IMG/VR virus record: IMGVR_UViG_3300025889_000083
Span: 40,149 to 104,148 of that record
DNA length: 64,000 bases
Source: a virus
Reading direction: 5' to 3' (one strand)
Under the pieces are notes generated by a model, which searched no databases, had not been told where the DNA came from, and saw only the letters and a program-made list of their open reading frames with translations. Numbering within the stretch: the first letter of the stretch is position 1; each line of letters starts with the position of its first letter. The translations under genes and the position numbers were made by a program. Shown here in pieces: positions 55,175 through 63,877 of this stretch.

Positions 55175-55334
55175 TAATCCTTCTAACGACAAGCTAATAA
55201 AAGATCATGGAAGATTAGCTGTTGTACTCAGCATAGAGGAGTCTGCAACTGGAATGCAGGCAAGATTAAAGTTTCCAGATGGATTTCGAACTAGACACTC
55301 TGTTAAGTTCATCCGAATATTACAAGATACCTAG
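55149..55334 (+). CDS. hypothetical protein
   Basis: Coupled ORF. Confidence 0.5.
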   Translation: MTRVAKLTDNPSNDKLIKDHGRLAVVLSIEESATGMQARLKFPDGFRTRHSVKFIRILQDT

Positions 55335-55335
55335 T

Positions 55336-55675
55336 CCCAGCGGGGTCTAAGCAGACCCCAACGGGTATTCTAAAAACCTGAACGCCATAGTACAAATTAA
55401 AAGAAATTGGGGATAAACCCGTTTAATCGCTTTAAAAAATTTGCGATTGGCGCATGTGTAGTAATTGTTAGTGTTTAGGGAATTTACTCAGTTGAAAATA
55501 AACCCGTTGCAGGTTTTAGTTGAGTTTATATTGACTTATATAGTTAACACAATATCGTCTTTACTTTGTGTCAAACCAGCTACGACATGACTTCGTCATT
55601 TAATTCCTCAGTCAGTCGACTAGCAATGGACACTAGTTAGACGATAAGTGGTTTGTGTTGAGTTTTTATATAACT
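55336..55675 (-). ncRNA. candidate structured RNA
   Basis: Minus-strand promoter at 55681-55709 points into an ORF-less gap; interrupted long stem and GGGGTCT/AGACCCC hairpin. Confidence 0.4.
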
Positions 55676-55777
55676 TGTATATAATACCACACTTTTCACC
55701 AAAATGCAAGAACTGTTTTTCGTAGGTGATTGAAATAACTCGTTGGAATGGGTAGTGGTGAACATAAAATATTTTAT

Positions 55778-56011
55778 TTATGGCTTGATATGTTGAAAAT
55801 TTAGGCGATGAAACTCAGTAAGATAATTATGCACTTCTCGATTGTACGAAATTCGCTTGGATATTTCTTCGGTGCAATCCATTAAACCAAAGAGTTTAAT
55901 GTAGAGAATTGCAAAGTCTCTTGGATCATCAACGATATCCTGTGCGCTTATATAGTCTGCCACGAACTCTATTTGAGAAAGCAGTGAGTGCATTGCTCTC
56001 GTAGGACTCAT
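55778..56011 (-). CDS. hypothetical protein
   Basis: ATGA overlap with rpsU. Confidence 0.5.
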   Translation of the reverse strand: MSPTRAMHSLLSQIEFVADYISAQDIVDDPRDFAILYIKLFGLMDCTEEISKRISYNREVHNYLTEFHRLNFQHIKP

Positions 56012-56241
56012 GATCTCTTTCGATTTCGTTGACGCAATATCATTTCCTGTCTGTAAGGTAGACGTGCCTCTACTGCCTTTTTATTAGTGCGTTTGTGATA
56101 TTGTTTCTTTGTGTTTTTTACGCTTGAAGGTTTTTCAAAATATTCTCTAGCTTTCAGATCTTTCAAAACACCACTCTTCTCCACTTTCTTGCGAAAGATT
56201 CGAAGTGCTTTGTCGAAGCTGTTTGTTACGATCACTTTCAT
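56008..56241 (-). CDS. rpsU: 30S ribosomal protein bS21
   Basis: FDKALRIFRKKVEKSGVLKDLKAREYFEKPS. Confidence 0.9.
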   Translation of the reverse strand: MKVIVTNSFDKALRIFRKKVEKSGVLKDLKAREYFEKPSSVKNTKKQYHKRTNKKAVEARLPYRQEMILRQRNRKRS

Positions 56242-56734
56242 ATTGTTTCCTGTTTCTCATCCATAGTACAAAGGAGTATCTTTGACCACTTTCGAGTGGT
56301 GTAACTCCGTGCATGATATTCGAATCATAGAGTATCAGATCTCCTTGTCCTAAATTAACTGGTGCGTTCTTAATGTAGAACTCACCTCCTTTGTATGTGG
56401 GTGGACTTAGATTGATGCTCGCTGACACTGTTGCAATGTTTGGCTCTGCATGTATCTTCAGTCCGTTTCCTTTTTCTAAATAGTGCATGAGATGAAAGTG
56501 CTCGTGTGGAAAGAGTTCAAGACCCCATTTCTTTTCTGCAAACTCTTTTACTTTTCGTACAAGAGGTATTTTAGGCAGAGAGTAGTATTTTCGATCTACT
56601 CTCTCATTCAGATTAAACTTCGGAGTATTTAAATGAACTCTCATACTGCGATCTTCAGGAAAAACCCGAGTCATTGCAATAAGATCTTCACACTCTTGTA
56701 TTGAAAGAAACTGTTTTATCACGAGTATTTTCAA
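56147..56734 (-). CDS. 2OG-Fe(II) oxygenase (prolyl hydroxylase-like)
   Basis: FLS.QEC..LI; H.E; YKGGEF; HGVTPL.SG.RYS. Confidence 0.82.
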   Translation of the reverse strand: MKILVIKQFLSIQECEDLIAMTRVFPEDRSMRVHLNTPKFNLNERVDRKYYSLPKIPLVRKVKEFAEKKWGLELFPHEHFHLMHYLEKGNGLKIHAEPNIATVSASINLSPPTYKGGEFYIKNAPVNLGQGDLILYDSNIMHGVTPLESGQRYSFVLWMRNRKQYESDRNKQLRQSTSNLSQESGEEWCFERSES

Positions 56735-56876
56735 ATGTCCATCCTCTTTTTCTTAGATAAGCTACTTGGCTATAGATTGCGGATTTCTTTCTTTTCAGTT
56801 GGATTTCTAGCTGTTCCATGCTTAGAACATTATAGTTATCCTTTAGAAATTGTCTTTCTTCCATAGTCCATCTCAT
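56688..56876 (-). CDS. small HTH/Myb-like DNA-binding protein
   Basis: RWT.EE..FLKDNY...L.R...AI; leaderless start after consensus promoter. Confidence 0.65.
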   Translation of the reverse strand: MRWTMEERQFLKDNYNVLSMEQLEIQLKRKKSAIYSQVAYLRKRGWTFENTRDKTVSFNTRV

Positions 56877-56882
56877 GCTGTT

Positions 56883-56957
56883 ATTATATCAAAATTTTGA
56901 CCTGCTGTCAAGAACTAAAATTCTGTTCTTGACTTATGGTGAGAGGCGTAGTATAAT
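56883..56957. promoter_or_regulatory. divergent consensus promoters
   Basis: Minus TTGACA-N17-TATAAT and plus TTGACT...TATAAT back to back. Confidence 0.75.
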
Positions 56958-56979
56958 ATTATCTTAATGGAGAAATTTA

Positions 56980-57117
56980 TATGGCAGATGCAAGCTATTG
57001 GGTAATACTTTTATGGTCATGTGGTCTTACATACTTTTGTGCAAAGTATTACTGGATTAGATCTACTATCGACTTCCTTGAAGAACAGGGTTTGCTCGAG
57101 TTAGATGATGAAAAATA
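56980..57117 (+). CDS. small membrane protein (45 aa)
   Basis: GGAG RBS; MADASYWVILLWSCGLTYFCAKYYW... Confidence 0.5.
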
Positions 57118-57230
57118 GTTCTTGACATTCTGCTCGAAAAAGTTTATAATATACCTGTAGTGTATAACTACATGGCGTCGTTATCGAAAGAAACGGCATA
57201 ATTTAATCGAAAGATGAATTTGGAGAAAAT

Positions 57231-57614
57231 ATGACAACATTAGATTTAACAAAATTTTGGCTTGGTATGAACTCACATGACTGGATTCACAGCAGTGACA
57301 CATCATATCCAAGATATAACATAGTCGAAAGCAAGACTGGGTATCGTATAGAAATAGCAGTACCGAGTTGGAAAAAAGAAGAACTAGAGGTTATTCACGA
57401 GAATAATGAGCTAGTGATTAAAGGTAAAAAAGAACGAAAACTTGATGAAGATGAAAGATATGTTCATCAAGGACTGAGCCTAAAATCCTTTGAGAGAAAG
57501 TTCATGTTGAACATTGATCTCACTGTAGACTCTGTCGAATTAACAGATGGGATGTTAACAATACAGTTGGAACGCACTCCGAACTCAACAAGGAAATTGT
57601 TGGAAATAAAATGA
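57231..57614 (+). CDS. small heat shock protein Hsp20 (IbpA-like)
   Basis: YPRYNIV; YRIEIAV; YVHQGLS.KSFERKF; DGMLTI.L. Confidence 0.92.
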   Translation: MTTLDLTKFWLGMNSHDWIHSSDTSYPRYNIVESKTGYRIEIAVPSWKKEELEVIHENNELVIKGKKERKLDEDERYVHQGLSLKSFERKFMLNIDLTVDSVELTDGMLTIQLERTPNSTRKLLEIK

Positions 57615-57842
57615 AAAATATAGTGCGTCAGACTAGAGAGGCAACTGAAGTATGTTTTTTAGGCGTTATCTTTATGGGTAGCGTCTTTGCAAGCGTAGGG
57701 CAGTTTGTTTGATAGTCTATTGCAAAATACCGAAGTCGAAGCGCACTCGCAAGAGTGTGCTTCGCATGAAGAAAGTTCGCCAAGAACAAGATATGCTTCT
57801 TAAAAGCAAAGCAGACGAAATGTCTGAGGATATAAAAAGACG

Positions 57843-58277
57843 ATGCAAATTAGTAATAAAGGACTTGATCTTATAAAGTTTTATGAAGGCTTAGAACTCG
57901 AAGCCTATAAGTGTGCTGCTGGAGTGTTAACTATTGGTTATGGTTGGACACATGATGTTAAGGAAGGAGATACCATAACAGAAGAACGAGCAGAGGAGCT
58001 CCTCAGAGAAGGCATAGTACAGTACGAAAATGCCGTACATGATCTCGTTGATGTTCCACTCGAGCAGCACCAATTTGACGCTCTTGTCAGTTGGGTGTAT
58101 AATTTAGGAAAGGCAAATTTAGCCGCTTCTACACTACTCAAAAAAGTAAATGCACAAGAGTTTGATGAAGTGCCAGATCAAATCCGAAGATGGAACAAAG
58201 CTGGCGGTAAAGTTTTAGAAGGACTTACCAAAAGAAGAGAAAGTGAAGCAAAGCTTTGGTCAACTGGTGAGTTCTAA
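57843..58277 (+). CDS. endolysin, GH24 lysozyme
   Basis: LIKFYEGL.L.AY.C.AGV.TIGYG; QFDALVS..YNLG; GLTKRRESE. Confidence 0.95.
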   Translation: MQISNKGLDLIKFYEGLELEAYKCAAGVLTIGYGWTHDVKEGDTITEERAEELLREGIVQYENAVHDLVDVPLEQHQFDALVSWVYNLGKANLAASTLLKKVNAQEFDEVPDQIRRWNKAGGKVLEGLTKRRESEAKLWSTGEF

Positions 58278-58687
58278 TGTGGAAGATATTTGCAGGAACA
58301 ACAGTAATGTTTGCATTAAGTACTTTTTATTTATGGCAAACTAATCAAGTTCTAGTAGAAAACAATGTAAAACTAGAAAGTGCGATTGCTACACAAGAAG
58401 CAGCAATACAGAGTCTACAAAACGACTTCACACTACAAACAGGACAACTAAACGAATTACAAAAGAAAAGTCAAGAAGCACAGTTAGAAATGAATCGCTA
58501 TCTTGATATTTTCAGAAGGCATAACCTCAGCAAATTAGCTGCAGCAAAGCCTGGGCTAATAGAGCCAAAAGTGAATAAAGCAACAAAAGAGGTATTTGAT
58601 GGTATTGAACAAGATAGCCGTGACATTGATGACGCTGACGATGGTCTCACAATGCAGCCTACTCCTACCGAAGAAGTTAGAGGTTAG
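58277..58687 (+). CDS. inner-membrane spanin (Rz-like)
   Basis: N-terminal TM + coiled coil; KPGLIE; after endolysin. Confidence 0.7.
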   Translation: MWKIFAGTTVMFALSTFYLWQTNQVLVENNVKLESAIATQEAAIQSLQNDFTLQTGQLNELQKKSQEAQLEMNRYLDIFRRHNLSKLAAAKPGLIEPKVNKATKEVFDGIEQDSRDIDDADDGLTMQPTPTEEVRG

Positions 58688-58970
58688 TGCAAAACCCATA
58701 GAGAGGCAGATCGCACAACCAGTTCTACCTCGAGAAATAGATTTAAAAGAGCCATATTGGTATGTGGTAAGTGCAGAAAACTTAGATGAGTTTCTAGCAA
58801 GAGTTGAAAAAGAGAGTGGACAAGTAGTATTTTTTGCTATGTCAGTCCCTGATTACGAACTCATGGCATACAATATGCAAGAGTTAAAACGATATATTCG
58901 TGAACTCAAAGAAGTAGTAATATACTACAGAAAGGTTACGACAAATGAAACCAGTATCAATACGAAATAG
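58596..58970 (+). CDS. outer-membrane spanin (Rz1-like lipoprotein)
   Basis: Overlaps Rz 3' end in another frame; signal peptide with VSQC lipobox; Pro-rich. Confidence 0.7.
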   Translation: MMVLNKIAVTLMTLTMVSQCSLLLPKKLEVSAKPIERQIAQPVLPREIDLKEPYWYVVSAENLDEFLARVEKESGQVVFFAMSVPDYELMAYNMQELKRYIRELKEVVIYYRKVTTNETSINTK

Positions 58971-59565
58971 AAGGCTACTAGATAAACTAGACCTACTGGC
59001 AGAAGAAGTATTAAAGTGTCCACATAGCTGGAAAGTTAAGAGTTGGAGTCCAACACTTGCAAATCTAAAAACAAAAATGGATGATAGCGAGTATGATGGA
59101 TATCCAGATAGCACTTTAATTATTGATTATGCTTACAGAAACATAACGCCAGAGCTTAGAAATGCAAGAAAGTTTCTATTGGCAGGTTTTAAAAATGCAA
59201 TATCTGGAAAAGCACCTCATTGGAGTTATGATGGTATTTACTTTATGCCTCCAAGATATGGTCACATAGACTGGCACAACGATAAGAATAATCCTAGAAA
59301 GAGTATTCAATTTATATGGTCTGGTGCTAAAGGCTATACAATAGATTGTGCTGATGGTAAACTAACAAAAATACCAGACAGAGGTGGAAATATCAATCAA
59401 GGTAAATGGAGCTGTATACAAACAGAGTTCAAAAGAGATGGAAAGACTTGGATGGCTCATGTAAATAATGGTTTTAAACCAAGAATTGTTATTGATATTA
59501 GTATACCAAATAAGTATACATATGAATACCAAGAGGCATTGAGTTTTATAAGAAGAAGTGTTTAA
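58945..59565 (+). CDS. cupin/2OG-oxygenase-like protein
   Basis: PP.YG.I.WHND and distal H...N....PR. Confidence 0.5.
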   Translation: MKPVSIRNRRLLDKLDLLAEEVLKCPHSWKVKSWSPTLANLKTKMDDSEYDGYPDSTLIIDYAYRNITPELRNARKFLLAGFKNAISGKAPHWSYDGIYFMPPRYGHIDWHNDKNNPRKSIQFIWSGAKGYTIDCADGKLTKIPDRGGNINQGKWSCIQTEFKRDGKTWMAHVNNGFKPRIVIDISIPNKYTYEYQEALSFIRRSV

Positions 59566-59848
59566 TATATTTAATATGCTAAAATGGCGACAAGAAATGG
59601 TTAAAGGATCTCAGGCACTGGAGGATAATCCAGTTATACAGTCACGCTTTGAAGAAAATGAAGATTGGCTAGAAGAACTTGAAGATCGCATTATAGAACT
59701 AGAAGAAGTTGCTCACCCACCAATAGAGGCGGGTGGTGCAACTGAATTAAAAGCTGCGATAGAGGCAGTTTCAGAAAGAGTAAGACAAATAGAGGTGAAG
59801 CTAGGACTTGTTAAGTCCGATTATGAATACGATACTGACAGCGACTAA
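59558..59848 (+). CDS. hypothetical coiled-coil protein
   Basis: LEDRIIELEEVAHP. Confidence 0.55.
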   Translation: MFNIFNMLKWRQEMVKGSQALEDNPVIQSRFEENEDWLEELEDRIIELEEVAHPPIEAGGATELKAAIEAVSERVRQIEVKLGLVKSDYEYDTDSD

Positions 59849-60269
59849 AAGAGAAGTTACGGCATATCTTTTAGGAGGAGAACTTAACGCAGCTACTTAT
59901 GCAACAATCGCAGTAGACTTAGACTACATTGCCTGCCCTGTAAAAGAGCGAGAACTTATCAATGGATATGACTTTTTAAGAAAGTCTATCGTCACCAATG
60001 GAATGACTGATCCAGTTATTCTCCTACCCAACAGTCAGTCAATGTATGATATGGCAATCCGACAAGTAAAGAAAGAATTTATAAATGACTTTGATCCAAG
60101 TGCAAAACTTCTTGCATATACTGGTAACCAAAGAATAAGTATAGCAAAAGAATTAGGATATATAGCAATAGAAGCCGTAATTGTAGAGGATGTTCATTGG
60201 GCACATGCTGTACAATTAATGCTACAAGATGGAGTTATAAAACATGAAATTAGAACTATCAACTCATAA
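59808..60269 (+). CDS. ParB/Srx N-terminal-like domain protein
   Basis: L.KSI..NGM.DPVI...GNQR..IAKELG...I.A.I. Confidence 0.7.
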   Translation: MLSPIMNTILTATKREVTAYLLGGELNAATYATIAVDLDYIACPVKERELINGYDFLRKSIVTNGMTDPVILLPNSQSMYDMAIRQVKKEFINDFDPSAKLLAYTGNQRISIAKELGYIAIEAVIVEDVHWAHAVQLMLQDGVIKHEIRTINS

Positions 60270-60903
60270 CGAGTACGATATCGTAGGACATGTTCCAGAC
60301 TTTTTAAATGATCCCGAGATAGATGCTATATGGAAAGCAAATAACCATAGAAACTGGGAAAGAGGAGTAACTAGATATAGTGGTTATAACTCAAAAATAC
60401 GAGATTGTCTAAAGATACCTCAGATAGAGTTTCAGTTTTGGGACAGACTTTACGCAGCAGTACAGGAGTACAATAAGCATAGCTATCAGTTAGAATTAAA
60501 TCCTGATAGAGAATGGTCTGAGATAAACCTTGTAAGATATAACAAGCCAGGTATGTTCTTTCGACCTCATAGAGATTATAGACCAGTTTTAAAAGACTGG
60601 AAACTAAGAAAACATATAAGAAAAATAAGCTGTAGTATACAGTTAAGTTATGGATATAAATATAAAGGATCAGACTTAGAAATAGTGGAAAGTTACACTG
60701 TTCCAGATGCTTTTATGGACAGTAATCATCCACCCGAATTTATACAACAACGAGAAAAATTTAGACACAAATTTAGAACAATAAAAAAGAAAGGTAGTTT
60801 AACTATGTTTACATCAATACACGAACACGAAAGTACACCACTAATAAGTGGACAGCGTGATATTATTGTAGCATTTATTAGTGGAAAGTCAGTAGGAATA
60901 TGA
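60244..60903 (+). CDS. 2OG-Fe(II) oxygenase
   Basis: RY...G.FF.PHRD; RKIS.SIQLS; HE.TP..SG.R. Confidence 0.85.
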   Translation: MKLELSTHNEYDIVGHVPDFLNDPEIDAIWKANNHRNWERGVTRYSGYNSKIRDCLKIPQIEFQFWDRLYAAVQEYNKHSYQLELNPDREWSEINLVRYNKPGMFFRPHRDYRPVLKDWKLRKHIRKISCSIQLSYGYKYKGSDLEIVESYTVPDAFMDSNHPPEFIQQREKFRHKFRTIKKKGSLTMFTSIHEHESTPLISGQRDIIVAFISGKSVGI

Positions 60904-61385
60904 TAGACTTATTTAGAGAAGTTGCTAAAGAGTATATAACTTACTCTACAGGACAGAACTTTTGGAGATTTCCAAGAGCAGATGTATGGCAACTCTATAA
61001 ATTAGAGAGACAAAAATATGTCAATCCTTTCCCACCTTTTGTCAACAATAAAGATGCTCTATTTGATTTTTGTAAAGAAAAACTAGGTAAAGAGAAGAAT
61101 ATAATTAATTTTTACCTAGTAAAACATACAAATAGATCTTTTCAAGTACCAGTTCAAAGGAAACAGCATGGGTATATTCCATTAAATCCTTTGAATATTG
61201 TAGTTAGTAACAAAACAAATTTAGAAAAATGGCAACACATCCACGATTTGGATCTGTTTCCTTTTAAAGATCTAGGACTAAAATATCTTAGAAAGTATAG
61301 TGAGCCTGTATTCTTTGATCCTGACTGGCAGACATTAGTCTACCCACAAGAAGGCACAAGTTATTTTTATGTGGAGTTTGAATGA
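60900..61385 (+). CDS. hypothetical protein
   Basis: ATGA overlaps both sides. Confidence 0.55.
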   Translation: MIDLFREVAKEYITYSTGQNFWRFPRADVWQLYKLERQKYVNPFPPFVNNKDALFDFCKEKLGKEKNIINFYLVKHTNRSFQVPVQRKQHGYIPLNPLNIVVSNKTNLEKWQHIHDLDLFPFKDLGLKYLRKYSEPVFFDPDWQTLVYPQEGTSYFYVEFE

Positions 61386-62161
61386 TATTAAAACCATTAA
61401 ATATATTTGTAGGAACAAGCGATACTGAAGATACTTTCATAGAACGGATTTTAGTCTATACTCTAAGTAAAAATACTAAGTATCCATTGAATATTAGATT
61501 TTTAAGACCGAGAGATTTTCCTAATTGGAATAGAGATACTTGGGGTACACCATTTACTTGTTTTCGTTACGCTATCCCACATATTATGGGCTATAAAGGC
61601 AGAGCACTATATTTTGATGTTGACCAAACAAATTTTAGAGATATATCCGATCTATACTTTACAGATTTAGAAGGATGTGCTTTTGGAATGGTATGGGATG
61701 CATTGCAAGATAATGGACAACTAGGTAAAAAGCAAGGACGACCAAGAGGTTGGTTTTGTGATAGTGTAATGCTCATGGATTGTGCAAAAGCAAAACAGTA
61801 TATAGAACATCCAGACAAAATTGCAAAATGGAAAGGATCTTACAAGTGGCATTTTCCAGAGCAAATAGGATGTCCTATTAAAGAGAAAGCAAAAGGTATA
61901 GTATACGAATTAGATCAAAGATGGAACTCTTTTGATGGTAGAGCTACTGCGGAAGAAGTAAAGACAAATAGATCGGAAGATCAGTCAGATCTACCTTTGC
62001 ATGAGATTTGGCATTTACACTGGACTACAATATCAAGCCAGCCATGGCACCCAAAGTACCATGCAAGTGGAAAGATGCAACATCACAGACAAGATTTATG
62101 TTATCAATTATGGAAGTATGCAAAAATAGTGCATCAGATAGGAAATGTAAATGACTATTGA
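61382..62161 (+). CDS. GT-A fold glycosyltransferase (GT8-like)
   Basis: IFVG; TPFT.FRY.IP; GRALYFDVD (DxD); SVMLMDC; WN..D; LHWT....QPW. Confidence 0.82.
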   Translation: MILKPLNIFVGTSDTEDTFIERILVYTLSKNTKYPLNIRFLRPRDFPNWNRDTWGTPFTCFRYAIPHIMGYKGRALYFDVDQTNFRDISDLYFTDLEGCAFGMVWDALQDNGQLGKKQGRPRGWFCDSVMLMDCAKAKQYIEHPDKIAKWKGSYKWHFPEQIGCPIKEKAKGIVYELDQRWNSFDGRATAEEVKTNRSEDQSDLPLHEIWHLHWTTISSQPWHPKYHASGKMQHHRQDLCYQLWKYAKIVHQIGNVNDY

Positions 62162-62885
62162 AGAATTATTACAACCAATAGGAAAAGAAAGATTCTTTGA
62201 CGAGTTTAAAGGCAAGAAAATCTTAGTTATAAAGTCAAAGAAAAATATTTTTAAAGATCACTTCAGCTGGGTAGAATTTGATAGATATCTACAAGGTATT
62301 CATATGGGTGGACATGATAGAGTTCCACAATTACAAGTAGTTCTTCCACAAGGTGGTAAGTGGTGTAAGAAAAAAGACAAGAAGCAATACACAAAAGCTG
62401 AGATCTACGACATGTGGAAAAGTGGGTGTAGTTTTATATTAACATTATCAGAGTTCCTAAACAAAACAATGTGGGAACAATGTAGAGAATTTGAGAAATA
62501 TTATGGAATTGGTCAAGCAAACATTTACTGTTCTAATCAGGCAAACGCAAAAACGTTTCCTATCCATGCAGATAGCACTGACAATTTTCTTTTCCATGTT
62601 AGTGGAAAAATACGGTGGCACATTTACAAAGAATGGGCGCCAGCTAGTAAGCAGGATAAAATCGCTGCTAGAACAGATAACTTAACAATAGATAAAGAGT
62701 TTGAATTAGATGATGGGGATATGCTTTATATTCCTAAACATTTATATCACAGGGTAACAACCCTAAGCCCAAGAATAAGTATAAGTTTCCATTTTAACGA
62801 ACAAGGCGAAAGCCACCAGCGTTATAATAGAGATCCTTGGCTTAATTGGATTCCACAGGGGATATATGGAAGCCACACAAAATGA
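62151..62885 (+). CDS. JmjC/cupin-4 oxygenase (RoxA/YcfD-like)
   Basis: LLQPI..ERFF.E; ANIY.S; F..H.D..D.F...V.G...W; L..GD.LYIP....H. Confidence 0.85.
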   Translation: MTIEELLQPIGKERFFDEFKGKKILVIKSKKNIFKDHFSWVEFDRYLQGIHMGGHDRVPQLQVVLPQGGKWCKKKDKKQYTKAEIYDMWKSGCSFILTLSEFLNKTMWEQCREFEKYYGIGQANIYCSNQANAKTFPIHADSTDNFLFHVSGKIRWHIYKEWAPASKQDKIAARTDNLTIDKEFELDDGDMLYIPKHLYHRVTTLSPRISISFHFNEQGESHQRYNRDPWLNWIPQGIYGSHTK

Positions 62886-63237
62886 TAGAAATGAAGTAAA
62901 CATTGATCTGGACAAGTATATGGCATTGCTCGATAAACTCGACAAAGCCGAAGATACTATCAGTGATATGAAGGCAGAAGCGGAAGCAGCTAGAAAACAA
63001 CTTGCTCCTCCCAAGAGAAAGTTTATTGATTTGTTTTTAGATGACAATGATATAAATGAAAAGTCTATTATTGGATTCGTTTCATTTGCTTTTATGTGTG
63101 CCTTTGCAGTATGCGATTTAATCACAGCATTTTGGGGAATGGAATTAGTAATATCAGACACAGTTTATACTTCGCTAGTGGTGGTAACACTCGGTGCATT
63201 TGGTATAAGCGAGGCAGGAAAAGCATTTGGAAAATAG
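62866..63237 (+). CDS. coiled-coil + two-TM membrane protein (holin candidate)
   Basis: NDINEKSIIGFVSF...VTLGAFGI. Confidence 0.55.
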   Translation: MEATQNDRNEVNIDLDKYMALLDKLDKAEDTISDMKAEAEAARKQLAPPKRKFIDLFLDDNDINEKSIIGFVSFAFMCAFAVCDLITAFWGMELVISDTVYTSLVVVTLGAFGISEAGKAFGK

Positions 63238-63240
63238 TTC

Positions 63241-63269
63241 TTGACAAGAAGTAATAAATTTAGTATAAT
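63241..63269 (+). promoter_or_regulatory. consensus promoter
   Basis: AAAATAGTTC-TTGACA-N17-TATAAT. Confidence 0.85.
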
Positions 63270-63277
63270 ATACACTT

Positions 63278-63877
63278 ATGAATTTATTTTATCTTGATGA
63301 AGATTTTGACAAGTGTGCTGAGTACCATGTAGACAAGCACATAGTAAAAATGCCGCTCGAAGCAGCACAGCTTTTGTGTACTGCTATTTGGGTAGATCAT
63401 GTGCTAGGCTTTGTACCTCGTGCTTTGAACAAAGAAGAAACCAAAGCACTCAATGAGGAAAAAGCTAAGATCAAAGATTTACCTATGGAGGAACGACCTT
63501 TGACTCCATACTTGCCAATGATGTACAACCATCCTTGCACAATATGGACTAGGTCGTCTCTCGATAACTTTGAGTGGACTCACTGCTATGCCAATGCGTT
63601 GAATGACGAGTATCATTATCGCTATGGCAAACAACACAAATCGGTAGTAGAAGTAATCAATAAACTGCCCGAGCCAAAGAATATGCCTCGATTGGGGCAA
63701 ACACCTTTTGGTATGGCAATGCCAGACGAGTTGAAAGACGAGAATGATGTTGTGGGCAGTTACCGATTGTATTACCATACTGATAAGGCAACATTTGCCG
63801 CATGGTCACATCGTGACAAGCCATACTGGTGGGATGAAGGTCTCGCATGGTATGACAAGAGAATAACAGCTAAATGA
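63278..63877 (+). CDS. pyrimidine dimer DNA glycosylase / endonuclease V-like protein
   Basis: MNLFYLD....CA..H.DKH.VKM.LE.AQLL.TA; NHPC..W; EY..RYGK.H; AMPD. Confidence 0.8.
   Translation: MNLFYLDEDFDKCAEYHVDKHIVKMPLEAAQLLCTAIWVDHVLGFVPRALNKEETKALNEEKAKIKDLPMEERPLTPYLPMMYNHPCTIWTRSSLDNFEWTHCYANALNDEYHYRYGKQHKSVVEVINKLPEPKNMPRLGQTPFGMAMPDELKDENDVVGSYRLYYHTDKATFAAWSHRDKPYWWDEGLAWYDKRITAK

Noticed and set aside
55585-55625. CTGACTGAG on the minus strand as a hammerhead core
   Set aside because: Spacing differs from CUGANGA and no correctly placed GAAA/stem II was found
57738-57764. GAAGCGCACTC-GCAA-GAGTGTGCTTC hairpin as a novel RNA
   Set aside because: Single stem-loop between hsp20 and lysis genes; most simply a terminator or stabiliser
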